A stretch of 64,000 nucleotides of DNA from an uncultured Chloroflexia bacterium. GTDB lineage: Bacteria > Chloroflexota > Limnocylindria > QHBO01. The stretch covers positions 24,003-88,002 of the forward strand of contig CAWFKB010000011.1 in the NCBI GenBank assembly GCA_963816215.1, in the 5' to 3' direction. A program made the translations under genes and the position numbers. The notes beneath the pieces were generated by a model. That model was not told the DNA's origin. It did no database searches and was given only the letters and a program-made list of their open reading frames with translations. The stretch's first letter is position 1. Every line of letters begins with the position of its first letter. This document shows, piece by piece, positions 59,335 through 64,000 of the stretch.

Positions 59335-60859
59335 TCAATCGGCTCCGTCGGCGTCAACCGGCTCTGCGGGCAACCTGATGCGGACGGTCGTGCCTTCGGC
59401 CGGCGTCGATTCGAGGTGAACCGATCCGCCCATGGCTTCGATCAGGCCCCGCGCGGCGTACAGGCCGATCCCGCTCCCGTCCGGCGCGGCTTTCCGCGCC
59501 TCCTCGGACCGGAAGAACTGGTCGAAGGCATGCTCCTGGACCGACGCAGACATGCCGAGGCCCCGGTCGGCCACGGCGACCTCGCACCAGCTATCGCCGG
59601 ACGTCCCGTGACCCCCCGCCGGCTCGGCGGTGACGGTCACCGCGATCTCCGATCGTGCGGGCGAGTACTTCACCGCGTTGTCCAGCACGGCCCACAGGAC
59701 CTGCTCGAACCGATCCGGGTCGCCGACCGCCAGCTGGGCTGGGACCAATGGACTGGAATGCGAACAGCCGGTCGGCGCGGAGCGCCTCCCACGTCCGCTC
59801 GACGATGGGCTCGACCCGGAACACCTCCTGGCGCGGCTCCAAGGCCCCGGCCTCGAGACGCGATACGGCCAGCAGCTGGCCCACCATCCGTCGCAACCGA
59901 TCGGCCTGGTGGGTGATCGTTTCGAGGTCGGATCGGGCCTGGTCGGTGAGATCTGCCTCCTGACCGATGTCGGCGGCCAGTGCCCGGATGCTGGTCAGCG
60001 GCGTCTGCAGGTCGTGGGTGATGCCGCGCAGGAAGTCGCGCTGGACCGCCGCCAGGCGGTTCAGCTCATCGGTCTGGACCCGCAGTCGGGCATACAGCAG
60101 CGAATGGTCCATGGCGGACGCGGCCACCTGGGCGATGACGCTCAGGAGGTCACGCTCCGCGCGGGTCGGTTCGGGCCGGCCCTCCCACGGGGCCAGGAGG
60201 ACCGCGGTCAGCTCCTCGCCGCTCGAGGCGTCCACGGCCACCACGGCGCCCCACGGCCCCACCAGGTAGCGCGGCTGGAGGCGGGCGGGCTCGCCGCTCA
60301 CCGCGGCCCACTGCTCGAGCTCGCCGACGGGGCGGGGCTCGGCAGCCGGATCATCGGTGTACACCCCGGCGGGGAGCACAGCCGGATCGGCGGCTCGCAT
60401 CACGACCAGGAGCCAGGTGGGATCCCCGGTCACCTGGCGTGCCACCGCCACCACCCGCGCCGCCACCTCGACCGGCCCACCGGTGATGGGGGCGCCGGCC
60501 ACGTCAGCGGCCAGGGTCGAGATCTGACGGTTGCGCTCGTCCAGGGTGGCGCGCAGCTGGCGTTGGACGGCTCCCAGGTCCTCGCCGGCGTTCGCCCCGG
60601 TCCCCGTGCCCGTATCCCCCCGCGCGGCGAGGGTCACAACGTCGCGCAGATCCCGGGTGGCCGCGCGTGCGGTCAGGCTGGCCACGATGCCAGCCCAGGC
60701 CAGGGTGCCGATGCCCACCAGGAAGAAGGCCATTCCCGCGCCTACTCGCGAGACCCACGCGTCGGCGACGGTGAGCAGGAGGGCGAGCACCGCCACCGCG
60801 GGGAGCGCCACCACGATGATGATGGCGAACAGGCGGAGCGCGGGTCGGCCGAGATCCAC
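59335..60859 (-). CDS. Sensor histidine kinase (2 TM, sensor domain, HisKA, HATPase_c), reading frame broken near 59746-59765
   Basis: H-box FLRGITHDLQTPLTSI is in track ORF 59591..60859. N-box LDNAVKYSP, G1 DRGLGM and G2 GSGIGLYAARGLIEAMGG are in track ORF 59335..59748, in a different frame. No response regulator gene is adjacent. Confidence 0.8.
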
Positions 60860-60901
60860 CGCCGAGTCGGTTAGCGATCCGCGCCGGGCGCGGAAACGGT
60901 C

Positions 60902-60948
60902 AGGACCCCCGGCCCGTTCATGGTTCGCATGATACGGAGTCGGGGGTC
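60902..60948. other. Long imperfect GC-rich hairpin between the TadG-like gene and the kinase gene
   Basis: On the minus strand: GGACCCCCG-ACT-CCGT-A-TCATG-CGAAC-CATGA-ACGG-GC-CGGGGGTCC, about 18 paired positions, followed by TGACCGTTTCC. Confidence 0.35.
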
Positions 60949-60977
60949 CCGCTCGGTGTCGCGGAGGCTCTGCCCCC

Positions 60978-63524
60978 TTACGGGACGACCAGGTGGACCG
61001 GGTTGCCCCGAATCGTGACCTGCCAGGTGGTCAGGTCGAACGCGTTGTCCGTGCTCGCCCCACCCATCGAGTACTCGATCTTCCACCAATTCTGGTCCCC
61101 GGCGGTGGGGGCGACCCCGTCGTAGTTGCCCGGGATGACGACCACGATCGTCAGCCAGCAACCGTTGAACTGCGAGCTGCCACCGGTGTTGGTCACGATG
61201 TACGGGTCACCCGAGCCCGAGCCGTCCGGCCAGCTGATCGTGGCGGGCGGGTTTACGTTGTTGTCGGTCTTGCCCGTGCAGTTGGCCGCGCCCGAGGCGA
61301 CCCTGGTCGCGACCCAGTCGAGCGGTGCGTCTACGTATGCGCCACCGACAGGCACCTTCACCCGCAGCGTGGCCGACAGGACTCCGGTGTCACCCGGGTC
61401 CCAGAGCCGGATCTCGACGCTCTTGCCGACGTGGATCGGCTCGATCTCGGCCAGGTAGAACTGGGCCGATCCCCCGCCGTCCAGCGGGGTGAAGGCCTCC
61501 ATCGCGCCCAGGCCGTAGACCCGCGGAGCGGCGCCGCACGCGCCACTGCAGTTGGCCTTGGTCCAGATCGAGAACGAGTTGTGGCCGTTCGCGTTGTCCA
61601 TGGCCGTGGGGTTCGAGGGGTTGGTCGAGCGCGTGTGCAGCCGATAGGTGTGGCCGCCCTGGAGGGGCAGGGCCACGCCCACGCTCGCCGAGGCCGGGAA
61701 GTCGGAGCTCGCGCCGCCGCCGGGGTTGTTCTGCATCGGATACCAGCGGTTGTGCCAGAAGCGTCCATCGGACAGGCTGCCGGTCGCGCCCGGGGCGCAG
61801 TCGGCCACGCCGCCGGGTCCGTTCAGGGTCGTGTCGGACGCCTGCTGGTTTGCGAAGATCCCCGGCGTCTGCGACACGATCGTGTCGTCGCCGGTGTCGA
61901 ACAGCGTGTTGTTCGTGTCGTACAGGGTGTAGTAGGCGCTGGTCGCGTTGGTGGACCCGGCGAACCAGCGGTCACCGGTCCCGTACTGGCCGCCGCTGTC
62001 GGTGGCGCAGAACGGCGCATCGAAGACCCAGACCTCGCCGCTTGTGGCTCCGGCGGGCATCTCGACGGCGTAGTTGTAGTACTGGTTCGGGTTGTATTCG
62101 GCGTTCGCGCCCGAGGTCCGCGGATCCCACTTGGGGAGGTAGGCGTCGCCGTTGACCTTCTCGGCGCCCTGATTGATGAAGGTCCCCCACAGCCCGCGCG
62201 CATTCAGTGGCCCGCCATACGGGTCCACGACGTTCTGGTCGGGGATCCAGCGCTGGTAGTCGTAGTGGACCACGACCTGGACCAGGTCGATGTACACCTC
62301 GCCGGCCACCGCGCCAGCGGGCGGGCCTGCCGGCCCCGGTGGATCGTATGCCGGCAAGCTCGTCGCGCTGCAACCGGCGGGGTCGGTGTTCCACAGCCGG
62401 ACGCGGAAGTTCGCGCTCTCGACTTCGGCCTCGGTCCAGGCATGACCCCACAGGTCCCCGGCTCCCCCGAGGACGGAGTAGGGCGACGCCACAGGTTCGC
62501 TGCCAGTCAAGGCAAATGCCTTGTCCGCGGTGTTGTTGGCACCACCACTCCCGGCGGCGCCCCACATGAGATCGACATTCAGGCTGCATCCGGTGCTGTC
62601 GGTGGCGAACCCTTCAATCCGGACCTCAATGCCGGTGATGTACGGTCCCTGACAGGTCCAGGTTCCGGCGCCGTTGCAGTTCGTGTTACCGGGCGTCACC
62701 ACGTTCGGGATGTTGAATCCCAGGCTCCCGTAGCACACCCGGTTGTTGATCAGCGAGGACTTGATCCACTGGTTGTCGCTCGCGCTGACCCGATCGTCCA
62801 GGGTCGAGGTCGCCGGCGCCCCAGGCGCGGGGTTCTGACCCCAGATCACGTTCACGTTCGTCGACGTCGAACAACTGTCGCTGCTGTTGTTCGGATTGGT
62901 GCCCGTGCTCGTCGACGACGAGGTTACGGCCGTCGAAGTGCGCGGTCCCGCACTCACCACGGCCTGGGGCTGCCAGACACCGCCGGCCGGGGTGCGCAGC
63001 GCGCCGAACACGCCGTAGTAGCTCTCCGGGCTGCCCATCGGGACGGGCAGCACGTACTCCGCCTTGGCGTCACGGGTGATCCGGAGCGTGTCGAAGCCGA
63101 AGATCTGCATGAAGAAGGTCTCGATGTTGGCCTGAACTCGGACGAGCATCTTCCGTGGATCGCCCGGATCCGGTCGGGCCCAGACGTCGACGTTCTGGGT
63201 GGGCTGCTGGACCGCGTTGTTGCTGCTGTCGCGATAGCCGTTGAAGCGCGACTCGTCGAGCGCCGAGCTGTTGGCCAGGCCCACGGCTCCCGGCAGGTGG
63301 ACGACACCGGCCAGTGCCGCCGAGTCGGCGGCGCGCTGGACCTTCAGCTCGTTGACCCAGATCCAGGCCAGGTCGACCACGAACGCACACGTCCCCAGCA
63401 GGAAGGTCAGGAGCAGCGCGAACAGCACGAGGACCTGCCCGCGGCTGCGACTGTCCTTCACGGTCAGACGCTCGATCACCTCGGCGGGGGTCGTTTCGGT
63501 CTCGGTCACTGGTTCGGGCCTCAC
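60978..63524 (-). CDS. TadG-like (TadE/G-like N-terminal domain) giant pseudopilin/surface protein
   Basis: From GTG 63524: ...RGQVLVLFALLLTFLLGTCAFVVDLAWIWVNELKVQRAADSAALAG, the Tad/TadG-like N-terminal signature. A Ser/Thr-rich linker and a ~600-aa Gly/Asn/Trp/Cys-rich domain follow, with no obvious vWA MIDAS motif. GTGA overlap with the upstream gene. Confidence 0.7.
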   Translation of the reverse strand: MRPEPVTETETTPAEVIERLTVKDSRSRGQVLVLFALLLTFLLGTCAFVVDLAWIWVNELKVQRAADSAALAGVVHLPGAVGLANSSALDESRFNGYRDSSNNAVQQPTQNVDVWARPDPGDPRKMLVRVQANIETFFMQIFGFDTLRITRDAKAEYVLPVPMGSPESYYGVFGALRTPAGGVWQPQAVVSAGPRTSTAVTSSSTSTGTNPNNSSDSCSTSTNVNVIWGQNPAPGAPATSTLDDRVSASDNQWIKSSLINNRVCYGSLGFNIPNVVTPGNTNCNGAGTWTCQGPYITGIEVRIEGFATDSTGCSLNVDLMWGAAGSGGANNTADKAFALTGSEPVASPYSVLGGAGDLWGHAWTEAEVESANFRVRLWNTDPAGCSATSLPAYDPPGPAGPPAGAVAGEVYIDLVQVVVHYDYQRWIPDQNVVDPYGGPLNARGLWGTFINQGAEKVNGDAYLPKWDPRTSGANAEYNPNQYYNYAVEMPAGATSGEVWVFDAPFCATDSGGQYGTGDRWFAGSTNATSAYYTLYDTNNTLFDTGDDTIVSQTPGIFANQQASDTTLNGPGGVADCAPGATGSLSDGRFWHNRWYPMQNNPGGGASSDFPASASVGVALPLQGGHTYRLHTRSTNPSNPTAMDNANGHNSFSIWTKANCSGACGAAPRVYGLGAMEAFTPLDGGGSAQFYLAEIEPIHVGKSVEIRLWDPGDTGVLSATLRVKVPVGGAYVDAPLDWVATRVASGAANCTGKTDNNVNPPATISWPDGSGSGDPYIVTNTGGSSQFNGCWLTIVVVIPGNYDGVAPTAGDQNWWKIEYSMGGASTDNAFDLTTWQVTIRGNPVHLVVP

Positions 63525-64000
63525 TGGTTGGTCGGATTCAGTTCGAATGCGGTGAAGTCGTACATGCCGATCTGGACCAGGTTGATCAGCGCTTGCAGCG
63601 GCGTCCGCGAGAAATAGATGTAGCGAACGCTCACGCCGATGGAATCGGGGAACGCGCCGTAGTTGACGCGGCCGCAGACGTCCCAGCCGTGGCTGAACTC
63701 GTAGAAGTCCAGGGGCACGCCGCCTACCTGGGGGTTGGCCGCGTTGCCGGGCCGGTAGTGCCACACGTTGACCGGGTCGACCCCGAACTGCTCCCGGCCG
63801 TCGGTGTCGGCGACGTCCAGGTCGGACTTGAAGATCCGGATGTCGGTGATGTGCGGCAGGTCGATCCGGGAGTCGCTGCTCTCCAGGATGCGCTGGGCGG
63901 CGGCGATGATCTCCTTGTCCACGTTGGCCGCGTTCGGAGACTGTCCGCTGCCGCAGCCGGGCAGGCCGCCGCCGTTGGCCAGGGAAGCCCCGTTGCGGGC
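63521..64000 (-). CDS. Hypothetical protein, 5' end off window, translationally coupled to the TadG-like gene
   Basis: The frame stays open to the window edge (…ARNGASLANGGGLPGCGSGQSPNAANVDKEIIAAAQRILE...FTAFELNPTNQ). High third-position GC. Confidence 0.5.
   Translation of the reverse strand, partial: ARNGASLANGGGLPGCGSGQSPNAANVDKEIIAAAQRILESSDSRIDLPHITDIRIFKSDLDVADTDGREQFGVDPVNVWHYRPGNAANPQVGGVPLDFYEFSHGWDVCGRVNYGAFPDSIGVSVRYIYFSRTPLQALINLVQIGMYDFTAFELNPTNQ

Overview
High-GC bacterial chromosome segment, judged by eye, that is almost entirely core housekeeping genes with Terrabacteria-like (Firmicutes/Chloroflexota/Actinomycetota-like) synteny. I could not run any searches, so every function call rests on motifs read from the translations. 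I see no prophage, transposase, CRISPR array, tRNA/rRNA gene or obvious defence island, and I cannot point to a clearly novel multi-gene system.

Gene order:
- Minus strand: partial GT-C glycosyltransferase, divergent from a GT2 gene on plus.
- Minus strand: dnaA-dnaN-recF-DUF721(DciA-like)-PP2C-like membrane protein-BFN nuclease.
- Plus strand: rpmH-rnpA-yidD-yidC-jag.
- Minus strand: ssrA (tmRNA), smpB, S41 protease, ftsX, ftsE, prfB (programmed +1 frameshift), a Cys-rich small ORF, secA, SRPBCC, prs, gyrA, PaaI thioesterase, DUF4287, gyrB, parB, parA.
- A perfect parS site.
- Plus strand: mreD-mrdA-rodA, then an AI-2E transporter on minus.
- Plus strand: DUF2344, rplU-rpmA-rpmE, DUF1385, prfA-prmC-tsaC-rpiB, AcnX pair, glyA, the complete F1Fo ATP synthase operon, murA, mreB, PHP phosphoesterase, UPF0104, XRE regulator.
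- Minus strand: comF, DUF192, a histidine kinase and a TadG-like giant pseudopilin, plus a partial upstream gene.

Most notable observations:
1. parB has no in-frame stop and reads directly into gyrB as a 959-codon ORF. Codon-position statistics suggest a 1-nt frame change at the junction.
2. Three further conserved genes are split by single-frame breaks: the GT-C transferase, DUF192 and the histidine kinase. Assembly indels and real pseudogenisation both have to be considered.
3. A well-signalled Cys-rich ORF with a twin CX3CX2C motif sits between secA and prfB.
4. The origin-associated genes are unusually dispersed, and the oriC position is ambiguous.
5. A comF/DUF192/kinase/TadG-like block lies at the right edge.
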